A stretch of 64,000 nucleotides of DNA, from NCBI GenBank assembly GCA_964016885.1, contig OZ024742.1, positions 151,466,001 to 151,530,000 on the forward strand. Direction: 5' to 3'. Under the pieces are notes generated by a model. The model ran no database searches, was not told the DNA's origin, and saw nothing but the letters and a program-made list of their open reading frames with translations. Positions 17,437 through 30,495 of this stretch are shown in pieces (the stretch's first letter is position 1; each line of letters starts with the position of its first letter). The stretch is from Eledone cirrhosa. Taxonomy: Eukaryota. The position numbers and the translations under genes were made by a program.

Positions 17437-17699
17437 GCACATACATATATATATGCCCATATATACATACATATATATAATTATGTATGTATGCACACAC
17501 TCATATATATGCATATACACAGATATATATATAAACGGTAAATATTTATAAACACGTAGCCTCAGTTGTTAAACTGAGTTTATTCTGATCCCATGTATAT
17601 TATCTATAGAGTAATGGTCATTACCGTCTCTGGGAAACGAGGAGGTCAGTAAGCGAATCCTGACTATGGCTTTAACGATTATCAAAACAAATCGGCAAT

Positions 17700-18008
17700 A
17701 TGTACACACACTTCAGTTCCCTGTTAGAGCCAGTTTTGCTATGACCATAAATAAATCTCAGGGTCAGAGTCTCAAAGTTGTAGGATTGAATCGGAAAGAA
17801 TCAGTTTTTACTGATGGACAGTTATATGTAGGTTGTTCACGAGTGGGGACATCTAGAAATATTCATATACTATGCACGAACGGTAAAACAAAGAATCCGG
17901 TGTCGCTTCATATTGTAAACCAGACAACGCAACCAGTACAGTCGTTTTCTCTTCTACCTGTCTTCTCTTATCAACTGTTCACCCGGGCGAAGACGGGTAC
18001 CTCATCTA

Positions 18009-18009
<1 letters not shown>
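17700..18009 (+). mobile_element. Helitron 3' end with PIF1-family helicase C-terminal fragment
   Basis: QFPVRASFAMTINKSQGQSL...GQLYVGCSRV (helicase motifs V/VI), then hairpin ACCCGGGCGAAGACGGGT and CTAG|T. Confidence 0.88.
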
Positions 18010-18092
<83 letters not shown>

Positions 18093-18416
18093 TTTAAAAC
18101 AACTGTGATAGAATAATTCTTATTACAAATGAAGTATAAGATTACAGTTTTGACTCGCAGCAAGCGACAACGCATCACATATTAATAGACTGAATTGATG
18201 ACCCGGTCAAAAAATCAAAAAAACAAAAATTAAAATCAAAACAGCACAGCAGCAACGAAAAACGTAAAGAAAAGAAAAAAGAAAAGAAAACAAACAGACA
18301 GACAAGAAAAAATAAAAAAATAAATCAGACATTCAAACAATGAAAGTTATGCTTATTTTTATTTTTATTTTTGGGTTTTTTTACCTATTTGTTTGTTTGT
18401 TTGTTTATGTTTGTCT

Positions 18417-21400
18417 AAAGCGTGATAGTGCCACACTAAAATCACCGGAGGTGATGAAATCACCGGTGGTTATGTAACCATACATTCACCAATCTTCGAT
18501 AAGAGTGTTTAAATGTCGAACCTAAACAGTTCGAATAACGGTGAAGTGGAGACTGGAATGTCATGTGACAGACTCTCACCCAGCAGGTGCTCCCTGGCTC
18601 AGCAGCAGGGACCTGGCTGTCAACCAAATACTGCTGGTGTCGGAGGAAGAAGAAGAAGGAAAGGGACCAGAACCAACTGGACGAAAGAATTGAATAGAAC
18701 TGTTCTGCAATGTTACCTGAAGAGTAACCTCAAGGAAAAAGGCTATAGGAAACGGATGCATAACATCTGGAACGAGATTGGTCTATTTAAATTAGATGAA
18801 CAAAAATTGGCCGGGCAGGCTCGGGTAATAAGAACTAATGGGTGGATAAGCGAGCTGGAACTGAAGGAACTGAGCAGAGAGATTAGGTTGGAAATGGAGA
18901 GTGGAGTATGCCAGGCAAACAAGCCAGTGGGAAAATGAAGGTGAAGAGGTTGAGGGAACGGAGGAACCATCCGAAGCAGACAATGATCTGAATGCTGAAA
19001 TAAATAATACCTGGAACAGAGATACGGCCATTGAGAAGATGAATGCTGACGGGCTAGGACAAGATTTGGTTGATATCCTAAACTTAGTGGTAGATGAAAT
19101 GATCAATGATAGTGGGAAACCTATGAACCTAAGATTTGTAGACAGGAAAAAGTTAAAAGAAACAACAGCTAAGGTAAACAAAGTCATCCCATTCCTTGAG
19201 GCGAGGAGCCTTCACCAGTGCAACAATATCCTCAAAGCAACAGCAAATGCGGTGAGGAAATTACTTGGCATAAAAGCGAGAGGAAACAACAAACAAGAAA
19301 GATCGGAACCTTGGTGGAAGAAACGACTGAATGGTCAAATCAGGGAAATGAGAAATGACATTGGAAAGCTTGAGTCACTACTCAATGGGACATTAAAAAA
19401 CATAGACACTAAAAATAGACTGGAAATAAAGTACAAAACTAGGAGGAAAAAGCTAAATATTATCATAGAGGAACTGAAGCAACGCATTGTAGCAAAGAGT
19501 GCAAAAATTAGGCGATAGGAGAGCAGAGTCAGTCAGTATAGACAGAAGCGCATGTTTGACAACAACCAGAAGATGTTCTTTGGACAGCTTGAAGGGAATG
19601 AAAGAGGCAACGATCCCTGAGGCGGAACACACTAAGACATTCGGGAGAGGAATATGGGAGCAGGATGTTAAACGTAATGACCAGGCAGTGTGGATTGAGA
19701 CAGTACAAAAGGAGATTAGTGAACAGGCACGCCAACAAACTGATTTGAGTATCACAGTTGAAACTCTTAAGGGGCAGGCCAGAAAACTAACCAACTGGAA
19801 GTCACCAGGCCCAGATGGTGTGCAGGGGTATTGGATTAAAAATATAACATCCCTCCACCCGAAACTGACAGCTATGTTCAATGACTGCTTGATGTCAGGT
19901 GAGGTACCAGAGTGGTTGACAAAAGGTACCACAGTTCTGGTAATGAAAGACCGAATCAAGGGTAATGATGTTACCAACTATAGACCTATCACATGTCTGT
20001 CCGTAATGTGGAAACTATTGACAAGCATTGTGTCTGAGGAAATCTACCATCACCTTGTTACCGGACGAACAGAAAGGATGCAGAAAGAAGTCCCGTGGTA
20101 CAAAGGACCAGTTACTTATTGATAAGATGGTAATGAGGAATTGCAAGAGGAGACACACTGGTCTTGCCATGGGATGGATAGACTACAAAAAGGCATTTGA
20201 CATGGTGCCTCATTCTTGGATCAGCAAAAGCCTAGAGATCTTCAGGGTGGCAGATAACATTAGACAGTTGTTGAGCAAAAGTATGAAGTCCTTGAAAACA
20301 GAGTTAACATCAGCTGGAGAATCCTTGGGAGGCGTGAAGATCAAGAGTGGTATCTTCCAGGGAGATAGTCTGTCTCCTCTGTTGTTTGTCCTTGCCCTGA
20401 TGCCCCTGACCATTATACTGCGAAACGTGAGAGCAGGATACAAGTTGGGAAAGGGAGAGCTTACCATCAATCACTTCCTCTTCATGGACGATCTTAAGCT
20501 CTTAGGGAAGAGTGAGAAGGAGTTGGATGTGCTTGTTGACACTGTCCGTATTTTCAGCAATGATATATGTATGCAATTTGGTATTAGTAAGTGTGGAGTC
20601 CCTGTGATGAAGAGGCGTAAATTGAGCAGAAGCAACGGAATCCAGGTACCAACAGGTGAGATGATAAAGGAAATTGACACTGAAGAAGGATACAAGTATT
20701 TGGGTGTTCTGGAGGCTGATGACATCAAGAACAAAAAAAATGAATGAATTGATAAGATCTGAATACATTCGGAGAGTAAGGAGCGTATTAAAGTCACATC
20801 TGAACAGTAGGAGTGCCATAAGTGCAGTAAATTCCCGAGCTGAAATTTTCCGAGGAAATAACAAGGAGAAAGAGCAGCCTTCATGAAAAATCCCTTCATA
20901 GTACCTTCTTTGAGAAAACTGAATTCAGAGATCCACAGACATGGAACTGGTTGAAAGAGGAGACCTTAAAAAGGCTACAGAAGGAATGCTAATGGCTGCG
21001 CAAGAGCAGGCCCTCAAAACGCAGTGGCTGAAACACCATATTTACAAGGAGGAGGCTAGCCCACTGTGCAGGATCTGTGGAGAGACAGAAGAGACTGTGG
21101 CTCACATTGTATTCGAGTGTAAACACCTAGCCCAGACTCACTATAAAGGCTGGAGATATGATGTGATGGGCAGGGTGATCCATTGCAACCTATGCAAAGT
21201 AAACAATTTACCACATTTTGAGAAGTGGTATGAGCATAAGCCAGAGTCGGTGATAGAAAACGATCAGGTGAAGGTGCTGTGGGATTTTAGGATACAGACG
21301 GACAAGAAACTGGAACACAATAGACCTGACTTGGTGGTTTTGGACAAGGAAAAAAGATCGTGCCTGATTGTGGATGTGGCCTGCCCATTCGACACGAGAG

Positions 21401-21732
21401 TGCAAGAGAAGGAGAGGGAGAAAATTAACCGATACCAGGACTTAAAGTGGGAGGTAAAAAGGATTTGGAACTTCCATGAAGTCAAAGTGGTCCCGATTGT
21501 CATAGGCGCACTAGGTACTATCTCAAGGAGTTTCCAGGGTTGGTTAAAGAAAATTGGCCCCACCTGGCTTTTTGGAACACTTCAAAAGCATGCTTGCTGG
21601 GAACAGCAAGAACCCTACGATACGTCCTGAATATCTGAGGCTGTAGGTAGTGGCTTGATATTCATTTCAACAAACTTTCCAGTTAACTAACATCAATGAC
21701 TGAGACTCAAAGAACAATAATAATAATAATAA
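18417..21732 (+). mobile_element. Dong/R4-clade non-LTR retrotransposon (RT + restriction-like endonuclease), frameshifted
   Basis: [40 protein letters not shown]; CRICGETEETVAHIVFEC; RPDLVVLD...DVACPFD...EKINRYQDL; (AAT)n tail from 21716; 5' boundary approximate. Confidence 0.9.
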
Positions 21733-22216
21733 CAAATGTGAAGACTAAAACTCGAAGAGGGCTCGATAAGGATAAATATATATCAAATATATAAGAACCC
21801 TAGAGCAAATATTTATTAAAATAACAGATTAAAGTTTAAGCAAAGAATCGCTGCTTTCACCCTTAACGGGATCTTCTGAAATTAAAAAAAATCAATCTGT
21901 GAACGCAGAAGTAAATATTTCGAAAAATGTTGCAACCGAAGGAAAAACAGGAAGACGATACTTAAGAAGTTTTAAATATGTCTTCCTGCTAGGTACGGGT
22001 ATGTTCTTTGTAGAAATATTCAGGTGTTCTTTCTGCATGATGAATATAAGTCAATAGAGTGCTCAACTGAGGGAGTCTAATAGTAATAATAATAAATGTG
22101 AAGACTAAAATCCAAAGAGGGTTCGATAAGGATAAATATATATCAAATATATAAGAACCTTAGAGCAAATATTTATTAAAATAACAGATTAAAGCTTAAG
22201 CAAAGAATCGCTGCTG
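21733..22216. repeat. Two copies (21733-21962, 22094-22216) of an unclassified interspersed repeat also present at ~1805-1905, 23715-23932 and 47575-47855
   Basis: Shared blocks GAAGACTAAAA...GCTCGATAAGGATAAATATATATCAAATATATAAGAACC...AAGCAAAGAATCGCTGC. Confidence 0.8.
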
Positions 22217-22416
22217 TAAGAAAACGAGGCTTTTGTTTTATATAAATAAACACAAAAGTAAAAAACGAGATGTCCTACACAGGTGAAACTATAAGGAAAA
22301 GAAATTGAAAATGCAACTGGAGTCTTTTAAGAATATTTATTTATTTGCTTTACCGGTTTTACAGTTCTTATGCTTTTCAAAAGTAAAATTGAGATGGAGA
22401 GTTTGTGTTTCTGTTG

Positions 22417-22534
<118 letters not shown>

Positions 22535-23394
22535 TATATGTACTTGCTGCAGTACGCGGTAATACCCGGGAAAGGTGGGGTTATTCGCTGTTCTCAGAGT
22601 GCGCCGGAAAATGTTAGCGATCCTGGGTGCCCATACTGGATTTTCAATAGCAATCTTTGCTAGGTGTGTTTATGTTTTGTGTAGAACTATCAATAGCTGT
22701 TTAAGTCAGAAGTCCTTCCATCCAGCTTTCTTCATTCAAAGTGAATAAGCCGAGGAAGTTTGAGATCGAAGACGATCGAACTTATTCAACAAACTTATAT
22801 ATAAGATTAGCAAACTTACTGCCTTAGTGCTCAAGAACAAACACAGAACAATTGAAGAAGTCATCGTAATTATTGAAGAAATTATAACCGAGTGAGCATA
22901 CTGTTCAAGCAACCTGTATATCACCGTTTGTAAAGCCCTTCAAATGACTGAAGCAATTCAATAAAACTATCCTGTTTTCGCCCCATAGTAGATATAACCC
23001 GAGAAAACACACCATAATAAGTCGGATAAACAATCAGAAGTGTTGGCCCTAAAGAGGGCCTTGTAACGTTCACTGTTGCAAAGTGTCAATAATGGGGGAG
23101 AAGTTACATCTTAATTCGTGTTAATCTTCCCACGATACAACACCTCGAAATATCGACAAAATAAACTCAACTCTCAAAGACGGCATGTTACAATTAACAT
23201 GCCGGGAGGGCGAATATTTGTCAACATACGATTTGGGTTTTATTCTTAGGACTAATCTCATGGTAAGCCAACTTTGAGGTCATTGATCATCACACTTTTT
23301 TGTAACTTATCACCGATTCCTGCAGTTGACCTTAATGTGACCTAAGCGTGTGTACGTGTTTAGAATCCATATCAGTGGATGTGATATATATATA

Positions 23395-24152
23395 TCTATA
23401 TATCTAAAACAGAGAATGTCTGTCTGTCTGACTCCCTAAAACTGGAGAACCACCCAACCGATTGTTTTCAAACTTTACACATGTAATACTTATGGTCCTG
23501 TGATTGTTTTGAGCAAAATATATTTCAAATTTTCAATGCCTTAGGGACCGCATTAGGCGATTTAGCGATCTCTCTCTATAATTCTTAGTTTTTCTTTTTA
23601 GATAGATACATAGATATAACGTTGTGCCCTTATAATATCTGTCTGTATGTCTGGCTGTCTGCATTGCAACATTATGACGTCGCTGTGTGTGTGTGTATAT
23701 GTATATAGAGTGTGTGTATATATATATAGTGTGTAACGTTTTTGAAATATTTACTTCTGCGTTCACATATTAATTTTTTTAGTTTCAGAAGATCCCGTTA
23801 AGGGTGAAAGCAGCGATTCTTTGCTTAAACTTTAATCTGTCATTTTAATATATACTAGCAGAATGGCCCGGCGTTGCTCGGGATTTGCTCTAGGGCTCTT
23901 ATATATTTGATATATATTTATCCTTATCGAGCCGTGTGAAATAAATACGTTTGTATATATTTTGTTATTGTGTATGCACAAATATACAAATATCTGTACA
24001 CGAATATATAATTATATATATATATATATTTTTGCATACACAATAAAATATAAACAAACTATTTATTTCACGAGTCTCGACAAGGATAAATATATATCAA
24101 ATATATAAGAACCTTAGAGCAAATCCCGAGCAACGCCGGGCCATTCTGCTAG
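23395..24152 (+). mobile_element. Composite non-autonomous Helitron with an internal inverted copy of its 3' region
   Basis: A|TCTATATATCTAAAA with (CTGT)n at the 5' end; hairpin CCCGAGCAACGCCGGG + CTAG|T at 24125-24153; same end inverted at 23855-23883. Confidence 0.7.
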
Positions 24153-24592
24153 TATATATATATACAGAGACGTCTGTTCGGTCGTCAACCAAAATTAGAT
24201 GTTTGTCTGAAATTTCTTTATGTAAATTTCTAATAAGTTATTGCCTTGTTTTGGAGGATTGAGTTGTGGGAGGAGGAAGAGGAGTAGTGGGAGGGAGGAT
24301 TTAACATACAGTAATAGTATCTCCTCTTCCCCCTCTCTCACTGAAACGTCTTCTCTTTCCTCTTCTACTGTAAAGATGTCCCCAGGGGTGCCATTATTGA
24401 TTTTTTATTGAAATCCAATTATCCAGTCCTGTTTCTGAATATTAGCTTAACATATGTGTAATGACTCATCAGGATCGGATCACTGGTGTAGGCGCTAACT
24501 TGTTATACACAGATACACAGATACACAGATACACAGATACACAGATACACAGACAGAAATTGGCATTCATATAGTATATATATATGAATATT

Positions 24593-24761
24593 TTCAAGAC
24601 CCCGACGGCAGAGCTGAAGCCGTTTCGACGGCTATTTCTGGACTCCAGAAATAGCCGTCGAAACGGCTTGAGCTCTGCCGTCAGAGTCTTGAACATTTTC
24701 CTATTACCCACTCTATTACCCTAAGTATTGAGTACTCTGGTGCGTCACTACACTTCCTTCG

Positions 24762-24765
<4 letters not shown>
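24593..24765. repeat. ~100-bp palindromic hairpin plus unique tail; second copy inverted at 27757-27958
   Basis: GACGGCAGAGCT.AAGCCGTTTCGACGGCTATTTCTGG act CCAGAAATAGCCGTCGAAACGGCTTGAGCTCTGCCGTC; tail CCCTAAGTATTGAGTACTCTGGTGCGT shared between copies. Confidence 0.85.
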
Positions 24766-24837
<72 letters not shown>

Positions 24838-24960
24838 TTAAAGGACTTTAACATCTGAAACTACTTCGCTTTTTTTAATTCTATATATATATATATATAC
24901 ATATATATAAACATGAAGTGTAAGTCAACAGGTCAAACTTAAATTCGTTTATTCATATTC

Positions 24961-25019
24961 GCTGTTATATATACTTCAATGATAACCATTATGTAACAGC
25001 TATGACCTCATCAGACAGC
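24961..25019 (-). ncRNA. Type I hammerhead ribozyme fold (A15.1 to G variant)
   Basis: gctgt-CTGATGA-ggtcatagctgtta/taatggttatcatt-GAAG-tatatATA-acagc; perfect 5-bp stem I; AATAAA 7 nt downstream. Confidence 0.7.
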
Positions 25020-25164
25020 TAGAATTAAAACAGAAAAACAGAAAAACGTAACGATGGAATAAAGCTTACTTCTGTTATTTCGATTTTTTTATATGCTCAG
25101 TGCTGAAGTTTGGTGTTGTTTTCTCAAAGCACCGGTCGTATATCTATATCTATATCTATATCTA

Positions 25165-25247
<83 letters not shown>

Positions 25248-25264
25248 GTCTTTGGTTGATGTAC

Positions 25265-26300
25265 CACCTCAGTCTTCTTGATGCTGATTGTTAGACCAAA
25301 AGCCTTACAGGCAAGAACAAAGCGATTCATCGATTGCTGCGCCTCTTTGAGGGATGTTACACAAGTGCAGCATCATCAGCAAACAGTAAATCGCAAATGA
25401 TACTTATTTGTGTGAGTGTTTTAGCCTTAAAGCGCTGATGGTTGAATAGCCCACCCGATGTACAGAACTCAAATCTGACACCAGTGTCCAAATCGCCAAG
25501 TGCATGCTGGAGTATTACAGAAAAGAACAACCCTGCTTCGTACCATTTGAAGGAGCAAAGGGTTCAGACCATTCACCAGCTAACGTAACTGATGCTTCCA
25601 TGCCCCCATTGAAGGATATGATGATATTTATCATATTATCAGGTATGCCAAGTTTTTTCAGGATTTTCCAAAGAGCGCTGCGATTGACAGATTCAAATGC
25701 CTTAGTCAGGTCATCAAAAACCATAAACAGCTCCAAGTTCCTTTCACGAACCTTCTCTGCGACCCAGCGAAGAGAGAAAATCATGTTAATAGTACTCTGA
25801 CCAGAGCGGAAACCACATTGATTTTCAGGGTAGATATAGTCAACAAGTCTGGATGTAATTCTGTTGAGAATGACACGAAATGGTATCTGACCAGCAATAC
25901 AGAGAAGAGAGATGCCGCGAGAGTTGTCGCAGATAGATTTTTTGCCTGTTTTTGAATAGGTGGATTATCCATGCATCTTTGAAGACCTGGGAGACGCTCC
26001 CGACTCTCCAGAAATAGCTGAAGAAGCTGAAGAAGCCTACAAAGCAGTGTTTTACCACCACATTTGAAGATTTCAGGTGGGATGCCATATTTACCAGGAG
26101 CCTATTAGGATGATAGCTGTCTGATAGCAGTTTTTATTTCATTTAAGTTTGGGTTTAATGCTAATTCAAGGATCTCCGGCCTTTGTGGAATAGAAGAAAT
26201 TACATCTTCATCGACTTTTGATTCTACATTAAGGACCTTCTCAAAGTGTTCCGTCAAGCGAGTGAGAATCTCAGCTTTGTCCCTGTATAGGGTTGTTCCA
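25265..26300 (-). mobile_element. RTE-clade LINE reverse transcriptase remnant
   Basis: DLTKAFESVNRSALWKILKKLGIP, NGTKQGC, LLFADDAAL (reverse strand near 25370); multiple frameshifts. Confidence 0.82.
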
Positions 26301-26442
26301 TAAGGTTGTTCCATAAGAGGAAAGCACTGCATTTAATGAGCTTGGCTGGTCATGCTTGGGGATCCAGCCGGATCAGTAGGACACGGTTGCTTATAACAGG
26401 ACCAACTGGTAGGAATGTTTGGGGACTCTGTGCTCTCGACCT

Positions 26443-26473
<31 letters not shown>

Positions 26474-26512
26474 AAGAAGAAGAAGAAGAAGAAGAAGAAG
26501 AAGAAGAAGAAG
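26300..26512 (+). mobile_element. Short 3' fragment of a LINE with (AAG)n tail
   Basis: Unique sequence ending ...CTCTGTGCTCTCGACCTT then (AAG)n; resembles RTE-type 3' ends. Confidence 0.35.
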
Positions 26513-26527
26513 ATCTACAGTTAATAT

Positions 26528-26613
26528 AGAAATGGTTTCCACATGACTAGAACTGTTTCAATCGTATGGAATCATACGATTGAAACACTTCTAGTCCTGT
26601 AGAAACCATTTCT
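26528..26613. repeat. ~86-bp palindromic hairpin
   Basis: AGAAATGGTTTC...CTAGAA.TGTTTCAATCGTATG gaat CATACGATTGAAACA.TTCTAG...GAAACCATTTCT; half copy at ~37790-37825. Confidence 0.85.
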
Positions 26614-26634
26614 GAATTATATATATATATATAT

Positions 26635-26940
26635 ATATCTATCTAAGGCGGGTAAAATTCCCGAGATCCATGGACGAGTTCTCTCCAGCGGTCTCTGTCC
26701 CTCATTATCGCTGCCATGTCCTGCGTCTCCAACAGACCAGTGACTGTCCTTAGGGCATCAACATACGTTAACCTTGGTCTTCCTCTTCTAGTGTGTCCAT
26801 TTAGGGGCTCCCAAAGGAGCACTGAGTGCAATGTCAACTCTGGATGTCGGTGAGCATGTCCAGCTAACCTCAGTCTCCTCTGTGTCACTTTTGAGCTGAC
26901 TTTTGGGATGCTCCCATACAGCTCTGAGTTTTTCAACCTC
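26635..26940 (-). mobile_element. 3' end of an RTE-type LINE
   Basis: RRLRLAGHAHRH...LLWEP..G..RRGRPRLTYVD...DRDRWR, the typical RTE C-terminus; ends in TAGA/TA repeats. Confidence 0.8.
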
Positions 26941-26959
26941 AGTGTATACTGATAAAAGA

Positions 26960-27220
26960 AAAAAAGATGAAATCGAAAATGCAACTGGAGTCTTTTTTTT
27001 AAAATATATATTTATTTGGTTCCTTTACCGCTTTCGCAGTTCTTCTGGAGAAAAAGCACAGACCCTCCATCTCAATTCTACTTTTGAAAAGCAGAAGAAC
27101 TGCGAAATCGGTAAAGGAACCAAATAAATATATATTTAAAAAAAAAAGACTCCAGTTGCATTTTCGATTACATCTTTTTTCCTTATACTTTCACTCGTGT
27201 AGGACACCTCGGTTACTTTT
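26960..27220. repeat. Interspersed repeat (reverse copy of 22260-22412) with an ~85-bp fold-back duplication
   Basis: GAAAATGCAACTGGAGTC block at 26974+, its reverse complement at ~27147-27165, and a third copy at 22307+. Confidence 0.75.
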
Positions 27221-27250
27221 CATTTTGTTAAAAAAGACCTCACTTTCTAA

Positions 27251-27421
<171 letters not shown>

Positions 27422-27557
27422 CGGTTTCAACACACATTTTCAGATAAAGAATCTTGCTAAACAAATTCAGAAACGAAATATATATATATATATATATATA
27501 CATCGGTTTCAACACACGTTTTCAGATAAAGAATCTTGCTAAACAAATTCAGAAACG

Positions 27558-27588
<31 letters not shown>

Positions 27589-27690
27589 TGTAATAAACAA
27601 CATACGATAATTATTTCATTTACATAACTAAAAAAGCTCTGTAGACTACATACCACACTCTCTTTTCCTTTACCTTTCCTACCTAAACAC

Positions 27691-27756
<66 letters not shown>

Positions 27757-27758
<2 letters not shown>

Positions 27759-27958
27759 ACGAAGGAGTTGTGGTAAGGAACCAGATGGACCATAACGCAC
27801 CAGAGTACTCAATACTTAGGGTAGTAGATAGCAGAGTGGGTAATAGGTGAAAGTATGACCCCGACGGCAGAGCTCAAGCCGTTTCGACGGCTATTTCTGG
27901 ACTAAAGTCAGAAATAGCCGTCGAAACAGCTTGAGTTCTGCCGTCGGGGTCATACTTT
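27757..27958. repeat. Second copy of the palindromic hairpin element, flanked by (TA)n
   Basis: Hairpin 27850-27958; tail is the reverse complement of 24700-24765. Confidence 0.85.
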
Positions 27959-28039
27959 CTCCTATATATATATATATATATATACCTTCATATACACGCA
28001 CACACACACACACATACACACACACACACACATACACAC

Positions 28040-28070
<31 letters not shown>

Positions 28071-28093
28071 TGTATGTATGTATGTATGTATGT

Positions 28094-28165
<72 letters not shown>

Positions 28166-28920
28166 GAGTGCGTCTCCTACCGTGGCATTTTCTGAAGGTG
28201 TTACATTTTTTTTCGTTAGTTGAATGTGTTCGTGTTTGAGATTCTGTAATGGTGTTAAGATATTTTTTTTCGTGTGTATAGATATGTATGTGTTCTTGCC
28301 TTTATAATAATCTATGGGCCGCGTAGGTGTGAATTAAGTGTGTATATGTGAATGGGAATATGTGTGTCTATATGTGTTTCCCGCATGTGTTCGTTAGTGC
28401 GTGTGTGCGCATATGCCTGTGTGTGCATGGTTGTGTGGGCATGCGTGTGTGTAGATCGATCTGGTTTTCGTTTGGGAATGAGTTATTTTACATTTATGTC
28501 TGTGAATGAATGTGTAAGGGTTACAACTATGAAATGCTTAGAGCTCATGTATGTGTGTGTATCTGCATTTGGGTGTGTGTTGATGTGTGTGTGTCTGTGT
28601 GTTTGTGTTTGTGTTAGTGTCTGTATCTGTGTGTTTGTGTTTGTGTTTGTGAACAAGTGTATGTTTGTAACTGTCTCATGTGTATATGCGTGATTGCTTT
28701 TACGTAGTTAAAACTCAGCAAATATGTGTATGTGTATATATACAAATGTTTATATATATGTATATGTATATGAATATGTATATATATATATATATATATG
28801 TGTATGTATGTGTATATATGTATGTGTATGTGTACGCGACTGCGCGTGTGTGGGCGCAAGTCTTGTCTGACTTTGGTGTTTCTGTTTAAGTTAAATGTTT
28901 ACGTCTAGACGTTTTGAACA

Positions 28921-29029
<109 letters not shown>

Positions 29030-30495
29030 ATGTGTGTGAGTGCGCACGTGCGTGTGTGTTCGTGTGTGTTTATGTATATGCACACATATATATATATGTA
29101 TATGTATATGTATGTAGTTAAGATGCACACATTACACATCTACAATATATTATCACCTTGACAGTTCACTTTCAGAAGTCTTCTATAAAATACTGGTGAT
29201 CAAAGAAGGTGTTAAATCTTACATAAATCAACCAGGAAAGCTTTTGTCTGTACGGTTTAACTTACTTATTTCGATATTACTATTTCTGTATGAGAAAGAG
29301 AGCAGAGATCACCGAGTTAAAGGATCAACAGTTCGTACCCTACCTCTGGCTCTGTGTTTTGTCCTTGGGAAAGGTATTATACTCTTTAATGGATGAATTG
29401 TTCTTCGTTACCTCGTCTTCACAAGTTTAAACGGATCATCACTTTGTTACATCGTAGTCATTAGTTTAAACGGAGTACCAGATTGGCGGCTAGGTCTCAT
29501 TCATTTACAATCGAAATTCCTAAATGCAATCCCAAATTCTATTTTAATATTTTCTTCCCTCACACATCTCGCCCATGGAATTCTCCAGCTTGCTGTCTTG
29601 TCCACTACAATTAGTAAAAAGTCCAAAGCATCATCAATCGTTATCTTCTCTCTTCTTGAAGTATCTTCTCTCTGTCTTCTCCTCGTTTCTCAGTCCACCC
29701 CTTGCATTTTAGTAGCCCTGTTTGGGGTGAGAACCCCCCTCCGTTACCTAAACTTTAAACAATTGAGAAGTACTTCTTGTAAACAGAAAGAATGTTGTAA
29801 AAATGATATGTGTGATCCAACAAAAGAGATCCAATATCTGTGTTCATTCGACTTGCTAGGGTACGAATGTCTAATACATCTAAAAAATTGCATAAAAGTA
29901 TAATGCTAATGACAACATCCATGTGTTATTTTCGACGGCGGAGATTTACATAAATTGTCGGAAGTGTCTCTGATCTTAAATGGAAATATTACCGAAATAT
30001 TCCTATTTTCTGTCCCCGCATCATTTATACGAATGTGAAAGTTAATTAATTATAATAATTATAACTGGCTGGCCCCGTTCAGTAAAAAATGACGGCTAAT
30101 TGTAGTATTTTATAAATAAAAAGAGTACAAAACCATGTTTTTAGATTAATAATTCTTTTATTAAAAATGTTTTGTGAAAAAACTATCCACAACTAACAGA
30201 TAGCCAAAATAATATTTTGGTGTGCATATGTATAACTATATCAAACATAAAGACACATACACTCACACAAGTATAAATATATTCACACACTCATATACTC
30301 ACATACATGTACTCACACAAACACTCACAATAATAATAGGCAATTCACTAGACATACTCACGTGAGTGTAGCGAATCTTAGAACACTGGTTGCTGTTTTC
30401 TATAGTTTTTCACCTCACCCCTTTATTCCTCAGTCATCTCCCTTTCAGTGCCTGACGGGCAAATATATTTATAAATAAATACACACACATTCAGT

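Noticed and set aside
18420-18480. Possible HDV-like ribozyme at the Dong 5' end
   Set aside because: Only simple ATCACC/GGTGAT hairpins seen; the nested double pseudoknot could not be assembled
22553-23340. Unique-looking segment with a possible exon (MLAILGAHTGFSIAIFA) and ORF 22736-22924
   Set aside because: No recognisable homology and no phase-compatible partner exon
24420-24480. Minus-strand CTGATGA...GAAAC
   Set aside because: Stems II and III and the cleavage triplet cannot be paired convincingly
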